Assembly: GCA_004431415.1 (NCBI GenBank) | Contig: QPMI01000005.1 | Location: 744,001-808,000, forward strand | DNA length: 64,000 nt | Origin: Cyanophora paradoxa CCMP329 | Lineage: Eukaryota > Plantae > Glaucophyta | Direction of reading: 5' to 3' | Part shown: one piece after another, positions 12,301 through 23,915 of the stretch | Layout of the letters: the number at the start of each line of letters is the position of its first letter | Position numbering within the stretch: position 1 is the stretch's first letter | The notes under the pieces: generated by a model | Databases searched by the model: none | What the model saw: only the letters and a program-made list of their open reading frames with translations | What the model was told of the DNA's origin: nothing | Program-made: the position numbers and the translations under genes

Positions 12301-15300
12301 TATTTAAATTGGGCAGCTGGCTAGCTTCCCACGTGCACGCAGTTAGGCGCATCTCAACGGACCGTCAGATCGTATCTGTACTTCTTTTCGCCCTCCTTCC
12401 ACTCGCGATACTTCTTGAAGATGCCGTAGACGGCCTCCCTCTGCCCGGGGCTCGCCACGCGGGACCGCGTCCGGCCCATGTCCTGGTACCTGCTCGGCAA
12501 GTTAATTATTATATGAATGAAGTAGACAGAAGTAGATTTATAGATAGATAGTTAGTTAGATAGATAGATAGATAGATAATAGTTGGGCCGTGACCGGCTG
12601 GGCCAGCCTGGGGCCTGACTGACGACAGCCCTAATCGCGTCCTGCCCATGTCCCGGTACCTTGGGAGGCTCACGTGGCCCCCGGGACAACACAGGCTCTC
12701 CGCGCTGCCTCTGAGGGCGAAAATCAGCGAAAGAATGTACGCAGAGATCGAAGATTGCTCACGAGATCAACGACATGAACTCGGTCCAGCAAAGCTGTGG
12801 GTGTATGTCCAAGCTTGCCCCGCTCCTCCCGCGGACCAGCTGGCCCCAGAATCTCTGCTCGAAGACGCTGTAGTCGACCTCCTCCTCGCCGGGCGGACGC
12901 GGGAAGAACGGGCGCTCGAGCGTCCCGTCGAGCAGCGCGAGCCATCTGCGGCCAGAGACTGATAGAAAAATTCGACAGAGCGAGCATTAGCGCGTCCAAC
13001 AAGTTCACGAAGACATGAACAGATCGCACTGAAGAGGGGGTACATGGCGTGAGACACCGCGGCGAGGGACGCCGCGTCACGGAGCTCTGGCTCGCCCGAT
13101 CCGATCAAGAGGTCGGCCCCGCGATCGCCCCGCGCCTCCTCGAGCTCCGGATCCCGCTCGTGCTCCGGGGCGAGAAGAATGTGCCTCGGCTCCTGCGAAC
13201 ACGGCGAGACGGTGAGTGAGACGGTACGTCGACGTACCGTCGACGCGGCGCAGAATGGAGCGAGACAGGCTCTAAATCGCGAGCGCTAGCGCACCAGAGA
13301 AGTCATGTCCCTGCGGACTTTGTCTAGCAGGAGGCCGCTCGTGGTGATGTACACGCAACGAAGATGGCCGGAAGGGAACAGAGGCCGCCCCTCGCCCGCG
13401 CTCGCTGACCAGTACGCGTGGTAGCGCGCCCACAGCCTGCGCAAACAGCAGGATTGAGGGCTGAAGACGCGATTCGATTAAGAGTTTATGAAAGAAAGGG
13501 CGGCAGCGCACCGCGCGACTGCACAGGCAGTCTTCCCAGTGCCCGACCTCCCCGCGACGGCGAGCGGACCGCCCGCGCAGATAATCTTGACCTCGTTCCT
13601 GTGAGAGAGAGTTGGAAAATTGTTGCTAGAATAAACGATCCAAGAGAGAAGCGTAATCGAAATCGCTCACTCGATTGCGTCCCGTTGGGCCGGCGTCAGG
13701 GCAGGATCAGCAGAGCGGCCGGAGAGAGCCGATCTCGCGAGATTCGCCGCGCGCTCTCTCACTTCCTTCAGCTCTACGAGATCTGTTCGCAACGATCAAT
13801 AAATTTTGCGGGCTAAATTGGGTCGCCATCCCCAATTCATAATATTCAGCGGAAATCGAATTACCTGCTAGGTGCTCTTTGGACGCAGCCGACGCCGCAC
13901 CAGTGCCCGGATCCAGAGCCGGCGCCTCGGCGATCGCCAGGGCCGCGGCCGCGGGGGGCGCCAGGGCGTCCAGGTCCAGCAGGTAGTCCAGGTCGACCGG
14001 GCCCGCCGCTGCCGCCGCCGCTGCATCCGGCTGCGCCGGCTCCGCGCCGCGCGCCAGCTGACGCGGATGCCGCTTGCGCCCCAGGACAGGGGGGCGGGAA
14101 GGCGGATCCGGAGGAGGCGTGTCCGTGCGCGCGTTCTTGCGCCTCCGGAAATCTTCGGAAATGTAGGCGATGAACCTCGGAACGTGATCGTGGTGGGAAA
14201 TGCCCCTGCCGTGGCATCGATATCGTAATCATGAGCTGCGATCGGCGCGGTTCCAGCTGCACGGTGCGCACCACAGAATGATGAAATCCCGCCAGCAGTT
14301 GTACAGGCTCGACCAGCCCCACACCTGAGGGGCCCCGAGAGTCAGACGCCGCGACGGCACTGAAGGGCAGCAGGGCAGGGGAAGGGGGTGGGGTGGAGGG
14401 GGGGGGGGGGGGGGGGGGCAGGGAGGGGAGGGAAGGGAAGGGGGGCAGGAGGCGGGAGGAGGAGGGGTGCGGAGCGGCATTAAGGAGAGGGGGACGGGGG
14501 AGAACGCGGGGGCCGGGGCGCCGGGGGCCGGGGGGGGGGGGGGGAGGAGGGGAGGGGGGCGCGGGAGGCGGTAAGGGGGTTAAGGGTAAGGGAGGGGAGG
14601 GGGCGCGGGGGCCGGGGTGACTAGGCGGGTATGCATATAAAAGCGATCTAGGGTATGCATTTAGGGGGCGCAGGGGCGGGTGCGGGAAGGGGGCGGGGTA
14701 CGGGAGAAAGTGGCGGAAGAGGGAAGGAGGGGGGGGTATGGGAACTGAGGTGAATAGGCGGGTATGCATATAGGCATATAGGGGGGTGAATAGGCCTGGG
14801 GTATGCATATAGGGGGCGCAGGGGTGGAGGCAGAAAGGAGGGGCGGGGGCGAGGGGGGGGGGGGCTGGGGGGGGGGAGAGCAGGGAGGGGAGGGAGGGGG
14901 CGGGCAGGAGGCGGGAGGAGGAGGTGTGCGGAATGGCGGAGAGGAGGAGGGGGGCGGGCGGGGGGGGGGGGCGGGGGTAGGGGAACTGGGGTGACTAGGC
15001 GGGTATGCATATAAGGGGCGCAGGGGCGGGGGCGGAGGCGGGGGGGGGTGGGGGTGGGCGGGGGGGGGGTGGGCGGGGAGGGGGGGCGGGGGAGGGGGAG
15101 GGGGGGCGCAGGGGGTTACCTCTTCCCAGAGGAGGTGGGTACCGCGAACTTCGTTGCCGCCGGGGATGTAGCTCTCGTAGAGAGCAAGTCCTTTTTCAAC
15201 CTGCGAGGCGCTCGGATGCAGAAAGGGCGCCCGCCATGGCCGGGGAGGGGCTTCTGCACACGTTCTTGAGGGGCTTCGCGCTGTTGTCGTGGGGCCGCTC

Positions 15301-15924
15301 CTCCCGTCCCTCGATGAACCAAGCAACAAGCTGAAGGGCCGAGCGCTGCACGTTCTGCGAGAAACGGGGCCAGCTTCTGAAGCAGAGCTGCGAGATCTTG
15401 ATCTCCCTGCGCATGCGATTGCCCGCGCGCGAATCGAAGGTTAGCGCACGCGCCGCGCGCGGCGTACGCACGCGCAAAGGCACGTACCAGAGGTGCCGGG
15501 TCCCCCCTTGCGCATCTGCCACCAGAAGCGCCTTCAGCTCCGTGACGATCGTTCCGAGGTCGACGTCGTCGTCGGCTCGAGCGAGCCGAGGCGCGTCCGG
15601 CGCGTCTGGAACTCTCTCTGCATCATCTGCTGGTTGGGCTGCTGAATCTGCTTCCGCCCGATCCGCGGCGTCCGCCCCGTCCGCGGCCGCGACGACGCGA
15701 GGAAGTGCGGGCAAGGCTCCCGTCGGATCGGCGCGCGAGCGCTGTCGTTGCAGATGCTCGACCGGGTCTACCATCGCTGCAGAAGCCGTAGCCGTCGCTG
15801 GAGAGGGGCCGGGCGCGTCGCTTTGAGCGGAGGCCGAAGCTGCAGCTGCGGGCGGCTGCGGCTCGTCTTTCGGCGCTACGGCCGACGGAAGACCCGGCCC
15901 TCGACCAAGCAAGCCCCTCCGCAT
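3381..15924 (-). CDS. TRANK1-like TPR-repeat / UvrD-like superfamily-1 helicase (multi-exon)
   Basis: Spliced motifs: Walker [12 protein letters not shown] (~13530-13555), [17 protein letters not shown], Walker B IIVDE|[42 protein letters not shown]|[17 protein letters not shown]|IFDE. TPR-like helices follow (e.g. [24 protein letters not shown]), then a low-complexity tail. These match the TRANK1 helicase family. Confidence 0.85.
4821..4982 (-). repeat. Coding 9-bp tandem repeat (GCCTCTGCC) giving (AAE)n
   Basis: ORF 3381..5303 reads [25 protein letters not shown]. Confidence 0.85.
14330..15115. repeat. G-rich intron with internal duplications (GGGTATGCATATA-containing units)
   Basis: gggtatgcat recurs at ~14627, 14651, 14760, 14799, 15001. 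Long G tracts and duplicated blocks at ~14440/14900. Confidence 0.7.
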
Positions 15925-16546
15925 CGTTTAGTGCTTGATCGGATGGTCGCTTGCCTCGAGGCAGCCGGAAATCCGTACCCAGATAGCGCCCTTTCTGCTG
16001 GGCTGCGCGAAATCGCATGCGAATTCGCGAATATTAATTCGAAGCGCAGCCGGCCGCCTCGATCGCGAGCTCGCGCCTGATATCTCGATTCGTGGTTCAG
16101 CTCCCCGCAAGCTAGCAACTTAACTAGTAAGCTTTAATTTATGATCCGACGCGTACGTCGCGCGCGCGTACGCATGTCGCAGACGTCTGACGCGCGCGCG
16201 CTCGGCCGCCGGTCTTAGCACTATGCGCTAGGACTTAGCACTCAGCTGTGCAGCGACAGCTGGCTATGATCATGAACTAAGCACGCGCCGGCGTATCGAC
16301 GACCGTCGGACATTAATCGGCATACAACATTGACCATCCGAAAGACAAAGCCGAGACTAGAACGCGGCCTGCGCCCTTGAGGCAGTACTAGGATCAGGGC
16401 CGGTCAGGCGCGCAACGGGTGACAACCACCAGGACGACTAGATCGAGACTAGACTAGATCTAGCTATAGATAAATATCGATGCTGAGCGCTGCGGCTGGG
16501 CTGGGCGGGGCGCTCGCGATCGGAAATGCGGAAAGGAAAGCTAGGC

Positions 16547-17721
16547 CTAGGGATTGGGCGTGGTTCGGCCCGTCGGGGAAGCGGTCGGAGAAGCCGACGG
16601 GGACATGCTACCCCGGCCGGACCCAGAGCTGGGTACAGCTAAGAGCCGCGAGCTGCGGTCCCGGGTACGCAGACGTAGGTACATCTGCTTGTACGTCTCC
16701 TCCAGCGGGTGCGTCCAGCTGCTCTCGTCCGTCTCCTCGTTGTCTGCGGGGCGGGGGTACCGCATCAGCGCCGGCGCAGGGGGTACGGGGGCGGCTCGGC
16801 GAGGGGGGGTGAATCACAGAAGTAGACGTTGCCGGCGTCGTCAAGATGCTCGGTCCATCCAGAGGGGACGGGGCAGAGAAGGGCCGCCTCTGCACGGGGC
16901 CCCGCGTCAGACCGAGCGAACCTGCGGCCCGGGGCGCCCGGCCGCCCGCACCTGCGATCCACATGATCGAAGCGTCCTTGCTGAGATCAAATCCGAGATG
17001 ATGCGCGTACATCGTGGCCTCCTGCGAGCCGCGTGCCGGAGCGCGGCACTCGATGCGCGGAACGAGACGGGCAGCGGGCGGCGGGCGGGCGGCGCGCGCA
17101 CGTCGTTAGTCGGTCGCTGCCGCCTTGTGTTTGCGATCCACGCCTCGAACTTCTTCTCGAGACGGTCCCTGAACTCCTCCACCTTCTCGGCGCTGAGAGG
17201 CGGCCGCGTCGCCTTCCGGTGCAACGCGATGCTGCCGCTCCCCGCGATGCTTCCGCTTCCGCCGCTCACTGCGAGCGGGACCGCGCCGCCATCCTCCGCG
17301 TTGAGCACCTCCTGCGGCGAGCGTGAGCGGCGCGCCAATCGCGAGACCGGGGCGCGAGATTCAAACCAGGATGTCCTCGTCGTCGAACGGGCCTGCGGGA
17401 GCGAGCCCGTCTCACGCGAGTGCACGCACGCTGGAAGACGAGTCGGCGCGTGCGCCGCGCACCTGGATCTACGGGCGCTGGTTGGGGCTCGTCGGCGGGC
17501 TCCTCCGGAATACGGACGGAGATGTCAACGGGGTTCGCAAGGATCTCATCGAGCACAGCGAGAGCAGGTGGCCTGCCCTTGAAGCTGCCCGACGCGCTGA
17601 AGCTCCTTCGCCGCCCACTCGCCGGGGTCGGCAGCGCGCCATTCGCCCCCGGCTCGGTCGACTGCGCTTTGGGAAGCGGAGGAAGCCGCCGCGGCAGCCG
17701 TCCCGCGGCTGGAGCCGACAT
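16547..17721 (-). CDS. CEP164 N-terminal-like WW-domain protein
   Basis: Spliced: MYAHHLGFDLSKDASIMWIA|EAALLCPVPSGWTEHLDDAGNVYF|YNEETDESSWTHPLEETYKQMY. This is a WW domain with the CEP164-type flanking helices, but short and lacking long coiled coils. Confidence 0.8.
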
Positions 17722-17788
17722 CTGGCGTTACGGGCCTGTTTTGCCCCTGTACCCGGAAGACCAGCAGCCCCTCGCGCGGCTGCGCCGG

Positions 17789-20501
17789 ATGGAGCCCCTC
17801 GAGCTCGGCGACCTCCCGGGCGATCTCGTAGCGGCGGTGCTCAGCCACCTCAGCAGGGACGAACTGGTCCGCATTGCTCGCAACGTCAGCAAGACTTGGA
17901 GAACGTGAGCGCGTGAGATCGCCCTCTGATCGCTCTGCTGACGCTCCGGGTACTTTTGCGGCCGATCGCAGGCTTGCGGCGTCGTCCGCGCTGTGGACGA
18001 CGATCCGCCTCGAAGAGCCGCTCCCGTGGGCTCGCTTAAGGGTCATCGTTGAGTGCGTGTTCCGTACGCGCGTGCTGCGTGCTGTTCGCGCTGCTCACGC
18101 CCCGCACCAGCGAGATCAACGCGGCGGGCGTGGATGTCGAGGAGATCGACCTCGGCTCCCTCAGCGAGGAGCTCTCCCTCGGGCACGTTGAGTTCTTGGG
18201 CGAGAAGCTTCCCGCGATCCAGCGCCTCTCGCTTCCGGCACCCGGAGCCGTGAGCGCCGCGCCCCGCGCGCTGCCGCCACGTGGCTCTTCATCCGCCTGA
18301 GCGGCGCGGCCGCAGGGAGTGCTCTCTGCGATCGTCCGCAGTTGGACGCGCCTCGTCGACCTCCACTTGACCATGGCGCGCATCCCTCCCGCATCCCCGC
18401 CCGCCTGCCTCCGCCCGCCGCACGCCGCCCGCCGCCCGCCCCGCGCTCAACCGCTCCCCGGCCACCGCAGCGCCGCACGGGCTGGCCGGGGGTAGAGGCG
18501 CTGAACGAGGTCTCGCGGCTCGGACCCCTCCAGCTCCGAGCCCTCGCCGGTGCGGCCTCCCCGCCGCGCCCGCCGTACCCCCCCCCCGGCTCCCCCGGCG
18601 GCCTGAATCCCGTACCCCAGTGGAGGCCCCTATGGACGGGCAGCAGGCGCAGCGCATCGTCCGCGCCGCTTCGACGACGCTTCGGGCGCTCTCCCTCACC
18701 GTCTCGGGGCACCTGGGCCTGGGCTGGGTGCGCGAGTTTTGAAACCGGACCCGCCCGGGCTCGAACCCGCGTGAGCCGAGCCGGCCCGCAGGTGGCCCCG
18801 CCCCCCATCGAGCTCTTCGTCGACCTCGACCTAGCCGAGCAGGTCCGTTCTGGTACCCCCGCGCTCCCGCCCCTACCCCTGATGATTCGATACCGTACCC
18901 CTCCGCAGCTCCCTTCCCTATCTCAGCTCTCCCTGCGCCTCGTGCGCCCCGCCGCCCACGTTCCCAACCTTGAGCGGTGCGACGTACCCCGCTCGCTCGC
19001 TCCATACCCCCCTTGACCCCCCCCCCCCCCAATCCGCAGCGTCTTCTCCCCCCGGGGGCTCACGCGCCTCTGCCTGGGGGGATTCCCCGTGCACGCGGCC
19101 CTCCTGGAGCAGCTACCCCCCGGCCTCAGGCGCGAGCCGCCCCTACCCCCCGCCGACTCCTCCCCCCTCCCCTTCTCACAGATTTGATCCAGGCACCTGG
19201 AGGTCGCCGCCACGGAGTCGCTCGTGCGGGCCGCGGTGCGGGGCCACATGGCGCTGGAGTCGGCCGCCCTCTCCTCCCCCTCCCTCGCCCGCGCCGACTT
19301 CGTGGGGTGCCCCCGCCTCGCCGCCCTCTCCCTGGTCCGCGCACCCCCCTCCGGGGGCCCCGGGGAGGGGGAGGAGTCTCTGGACGTCGCCCTGTCGTGC
19401 CTGCCGTCCCTCTCGGAGCTCTCCGTCCACGCCCGCCGCGCCCGGGTCGCCTGGGAGGGCCCCGACCCCGCCCCGCTCCGCTCCCTCTCCCTCCCGTACC
19501 CCCCGCCCACCCCGGTCCTGGCGGCCCACGGCCCGACCCTCCGGTGCCTGGCGGTGCGGGCCCCGCCGCCCGCCGCCGAGCGCGCCGCGGCGGAGGGCCC
19601 CGCCGGCCCCGCGGCGCTGGACGCCCGCACGGCGGCGCGGCTCTACGGGGGGTACGACGCGCTGGAGGGCGGGGAGGAGGAGGGCCGGCCCTTGGACCTG
19701 GAGGCTCTGCTGGCGGCGTGCCCGCGGCTGGAGGAGCTGAGCGTGGCGCACGCGGCGCTGGCGCCCGAGTCGGAGGACAGCGAGGCGGCCACGCGCGTCC
19801 GCGGGGCCCGCCGCCTGCGCGCCCTCTGCCTGCGCCACGTCGGTGCGCTCTCCGAGGCCCCTCCGCCTCTGCCTCTGCTGACTCGTCCCCAGACTTTGCG
19901 CGGCCGCTGGGGTCCGGACTGGCGCGGGCGGGCTCCGGTGGCTCGGGCGGCGGCGCCTTCGAGTTCCTCGACCTCCCCCGCCTCGAGGCGCGTACCCCTC
20001 TTCTTTCGCGTACCTCCCTCCCCTTACTGGCCCACCCCCCAGGAGGCGGAGATCGCGTACTGCTCGTTCGCGCCGGTGCGGTCGCGGCTGGCTGGGTGCC
20101 CCTCGCTGGCCAGAGTGCACCTCCGCTCGGCGGGGCAGCCGGCCGTGCTCCTGTGGCTCCTGGCGCAGCTCGGGGCCGGGGACTCGCTCCCGTCCCTGCG
20201 GGAAGTCTCCGCCTCGGGCCTGGGCCCCATCAACCGAGACCTTAGGTTCCTCCTCCGCTCGCGCCGCCTCGCGCCGCCCCGCCGGGGCGTGCCCCTGCCC
20301 CGCCCCGGCCTCCTCCCGCGGCCCCGCGCCGCCCTCACGCTCCTCCGCGCCCCCTCCGGCGGCTCGCCGCCGCCCTCGCCCGTGCACCTGCCGGACCAGC
20401 TCGCGGTCGCGGCGGGCAGCGCCGCCTGGGCGCTCTTCTCCCAGTTCGAGGGCGAGCCCTGCGGCCCCGCCCCGCAGGACGCGTGGTCCGACAGCGACTA
20501 A
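17789..20501 (+). CDS. F-box / leucine-rich repeat protein
   Basis: MEPLELGDLPGDLVAAVLSHLSRDELVRIARNVSKTWR..LW is an F-box. LRR-like segments follow (CPRLAALSL, LPSLSELSV, CPRLEELSV, LPSLREVSASGL). Last exon is ORF 19224..20501. Confidence 0.8.
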
Positions 20502-20586
20502 ACGCGAGTGGCGAGAGTTCAAAGACGCGGCGCAGGGGAGGGGAGGGCAGGAAGGGGGGTCTAGCGCTAGCGGGGGTACGGCGCGT

Positions 20587-21662
20587 CTAGGGGAGGTCGT
20601 TGCAGCCGTTCTGGGCGTGGAAGCGGTTGATGGAGTCCAGCGTGGGCGCCGCGAGCCTGCGGGCGGCGCGGTGAGCCTCGGAGCGGGGCGCGGGCATTCT
20701 GTAGGGGGCGGCCCGCAGGAGGCGGTGCGTCGCTGCTATTAAAAGTTTATGAAAAACGCTATTCAGCATCTTAAGACGATGTAGAATTCAATGTTTGGCG
20801 TATACGTACCGGGAGAACTCGTTCATGTCCGCGAGGGCCTCGCCCTGCTCGACGCCCATCTTCTTGCAGAGCGCCTCCTTCGACGGAACGGCGTGCACCG
20901 CGAGCTGCGCGGGGGCGCGTGCGTGCGTTACGGGCGAGCGGGACGGGGCGGGGCGGGGCGGGGCGGGCCCGGCGCACGCCGACGGCCTTGCGGATGACCC
21001 ACGGGTGGTGCGGCTCGAGCGCGCGCTTGTACGCGTCGCCGACGCACTGGTTGCTGGACATGCCGGGGTTCGCGAGGTTCGCGCAGAAGATCATCATGAA
21101 CTCCAAGAGCCTGCGGACGCGCGCCTGTTTCAGAGGGAGACGCGCTCCGGAGCGGGCCGTGCGGACCACCGCAGCCGGACCGAGTGCCGCGTGGCATTGC
21201 GTTTCTTGCTCCTGAACTCGCCCTCCCACCGGCCGTTTGCTTTCTCCCAGTTCATCATGCTCTGCATCGTGGTGAACTTGCCCGGGTTCTGGCTGTACGC
21301 GTCCCACACGGCCTGCGGGTCGGAGGCGCGGCCAGTGAGCGGCCACGAGAGCATCCTCGACCGCAGCTGCCGGGCGTGACGCCGCGGCGCCCGCAGGAGG
21401 CCAGAATGGCTCACCCCAGTCTTCTCCGTGATGTCCTTCTTGACGAAGCCGAAGGCGCTGCCGAGCATGTCTGGCGCAGATAACAGATTTACGTCGGCGG
21501 AGGCCCCGCGGGCGCGACGGCGGCGGGCGGCGCACCGAAGACCTTGCCGATTTCCCGCATGGCCGCCACGAACTCCACAAGCGGCACCTCGTCTCCACGC
21601 GGCTGTGCGGCGCGCATCTTCGCCACCAGCGCCTTCGTGCTGAACGGCGCGTCGTCGCCCAT
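20587..21662 (-). CDS. Glycolipid transfer protein family (GLTP/ACD11/CPTP-like)
   Basis: MLGSAFGFVKKDITEK, NATRHSVRLRW|..LEFMMIF, DAYKRALEPHHPWVIRKAV, AVPSKEAL, C-terminal NGCNDLP* are GLTP-fold signatures. Confidence 0.9.
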
Positions 21663-21837
21663 CTTCGCCTCGGCAAGAAAGCAGACCCAGTCCGAGCCGA
21701 GCCCGCGGCCCGCCTCGCGGGGTACAGGTAAAGGCTAGCCGAGGCCGAGAGCGGCGCCGGCGCAGAACGTTAACTCGAGGGCGGCAGCATATTCCCCACC
21801 AGACCGCTCGACCGCCGAGCAGCTGCAGGCTGCAGCG

Positions 21838-23752
21838 ATGGCTCGGGAGCGAACAGCGAAGCGCGCCCGCGTTGCGGAGCCGTCCGCCAGCGCCGCCGGC
21901 CCTTCAGGATTACTAGTAGCCAGCGGGCAGCAGTATCTGAATCCCTTCGCGCGCCTGCCGGACGCGCTGGTGCAAAAGATCTTCAGCGGGCTCGATGCTT
22001 TAGAAGCCTACGAGCGCTCGAAGCTGTGGGCGGTCGATCGGCGTTTCAGGAAGCTGCTGTCCGGCGTGTCGTGGAAGAGGATCTCCTTCGACGCCGTCAG
22101 CTGCAGCATCGAAGGCGATGAAGAGAGGGGGAACGACGAAGACAGCACAGAGGAGGCAATACAGCGGTCGGAGTGCTTTCAGAAGCAGCTGCAACGCTTC
22201 TCTGAGCGCCTTGGGAGCCGGCAGATGCTTGGCGTGCAGCGCATAGACATCTTGTCCGTGTTACATCTGCCTGATGCGATGGTGCCCTACGGCAATGGCG
22301 CCGCGTCCGACAAGCGGAAGGCGATGGAGCTTGCCGAGCGCACTGTGATTTGCATCACTGGTGCGCATGCGCGGGGCAGCGCTAGTCTCGATATGTCTTG
22401 ATTCCCATTCGCAGGCTTGCTCGCCGCCGCCGCGACAGCCGCGGCTCCTGTCGAGTCCGTGGCTCTTGAAGGTGATTGGTATTGGTGGACTGTCATCGGC
22501 CGTCCATCTATGAGCCTGAGAGCCGCGGCGGCATCGATGCTGTCGGCTCTTTCGCCAGCACATCTGAAGTCGATGACGGTATCTTGCCCGTCTCTAGCCG
22601 AGGCCTTCGTTTCCTTCGCGATCCAGGGTTCGCTCCCATCGCTCTAATGGCTCTGCACTTGCCGCTCGCTGATGTTGCGCCAAGGCTGCGCTCCATCTCT
22701 CCTCGAATTCGTCTGTAGATCCCAGCTTCCAAAACAGAGCATCGTATGCGTTGTTCTTCGGCCCTGCTCACCTCGCTCTAATTGTATTTCGCTGCGCAGG
22801 CGCGCCTGGTCGCGGCGTTCCCGGGGCTGCGCTCGCTGCAGCTGGACCTCGTGGACGGCGGGGCCCTGCAGGAGATCGCGGGCTGCGCGCAGCTGGAGGA
22901 GCTTCGCGCGCACGTCGCCTCGCCGGACCAGCGCATCGACGACGCGCTCGCGGCCATCGCGGCGGGCCCGTCCGCCGCGAAGCTGCGCACGCTCAGCCTC
23001 ACCACCGCTTCCCGGCACCCTCTCAGCGCACGCGGCCTCGCCTCCGTGCTGAGCTTCACCTCTCTCGAAGCGCTGTCCGCCTCGGTGCGTATACGTACCC
23101 GCGCCGCCGCGCTTGGGCCCTCCGCATATGATGATCCGCGGCGCAGGTCCAGGTGGACTGCGCTGCGCTCCTCCGGGACCTTGGCGGCCTGAAGCGTCTG
23201 AAGGCGCTGACTCTCGTCCTCGACGTGTCCGGTGCATCCGAAGCCGACGGGGCGGCGGCGCTCTTGCGCGCGGCCGCGGCGTTTCTCGGCAGCCGGGCGG
23301 AGCAGGGCCTCGAGAGCTGCAGGATTCGCGTCGACAACGGTTCCCGGAGCGGCCCGGTCGACGCCGCGGCCCTTCGCGAGCTTTTCGGGGCCTTCCCCTC
23401 CTCCGCCCCAGTAGTCGACTTCCGTCTAGACCGCCCCTTCCCGGCCGAGGCCCTCGCGGCGCTCGCCTCCCGCAGCGGGCCGCGGCTCCGGAGGCTCTAT
23501 CTCTTGTGTAGAATCACTTCTGCTGATGGCGACGACGCCATGCGCCACGTCGCCTCCTTTCGCGAGCTGCTAGCTCTTTCGCCGGAAAGGCACCCAGGGC
23601 TCTCGATCCGTTGCGATGTGTCTGCGCCGCAACGGTGTGTAGAGTCTGCCAGGCAGATCTTAGGGAACTGGTTCCGCAATTCTAAGGTAGTCCGACTTCA
23701 GTCTGTGTCTTCCTGGTGGCAATACTCTCAATTACCGATGCGCTTTTGGTAG
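21838..23752 (+). CDS. F-box / RNI-like LRR protein
   Basis: NPFARLPDALVQKIFSGL..LWAVDRRFRKLLSGVSWKRI is an F-box; then FPGLRSLQL, LKRLKALTL, LRRLYL repeats across GT-AG exons. Confidence 0.8.
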
Positions 23753-23915
23753 ATTTATATTTTATATAGTTCGTGTTCGACTAGAGAGTCATGGAATTAT
23801 ACGTGGTGCAGATAAACATGCAGCACATGTATATGCATGTAGCTATATAGGCGTCTCCAGCGTCCGGCTGGCTGGCTGCAGCTGAGCTTGAATTTGAACT
23901 CGGTGAAACCCAAGG

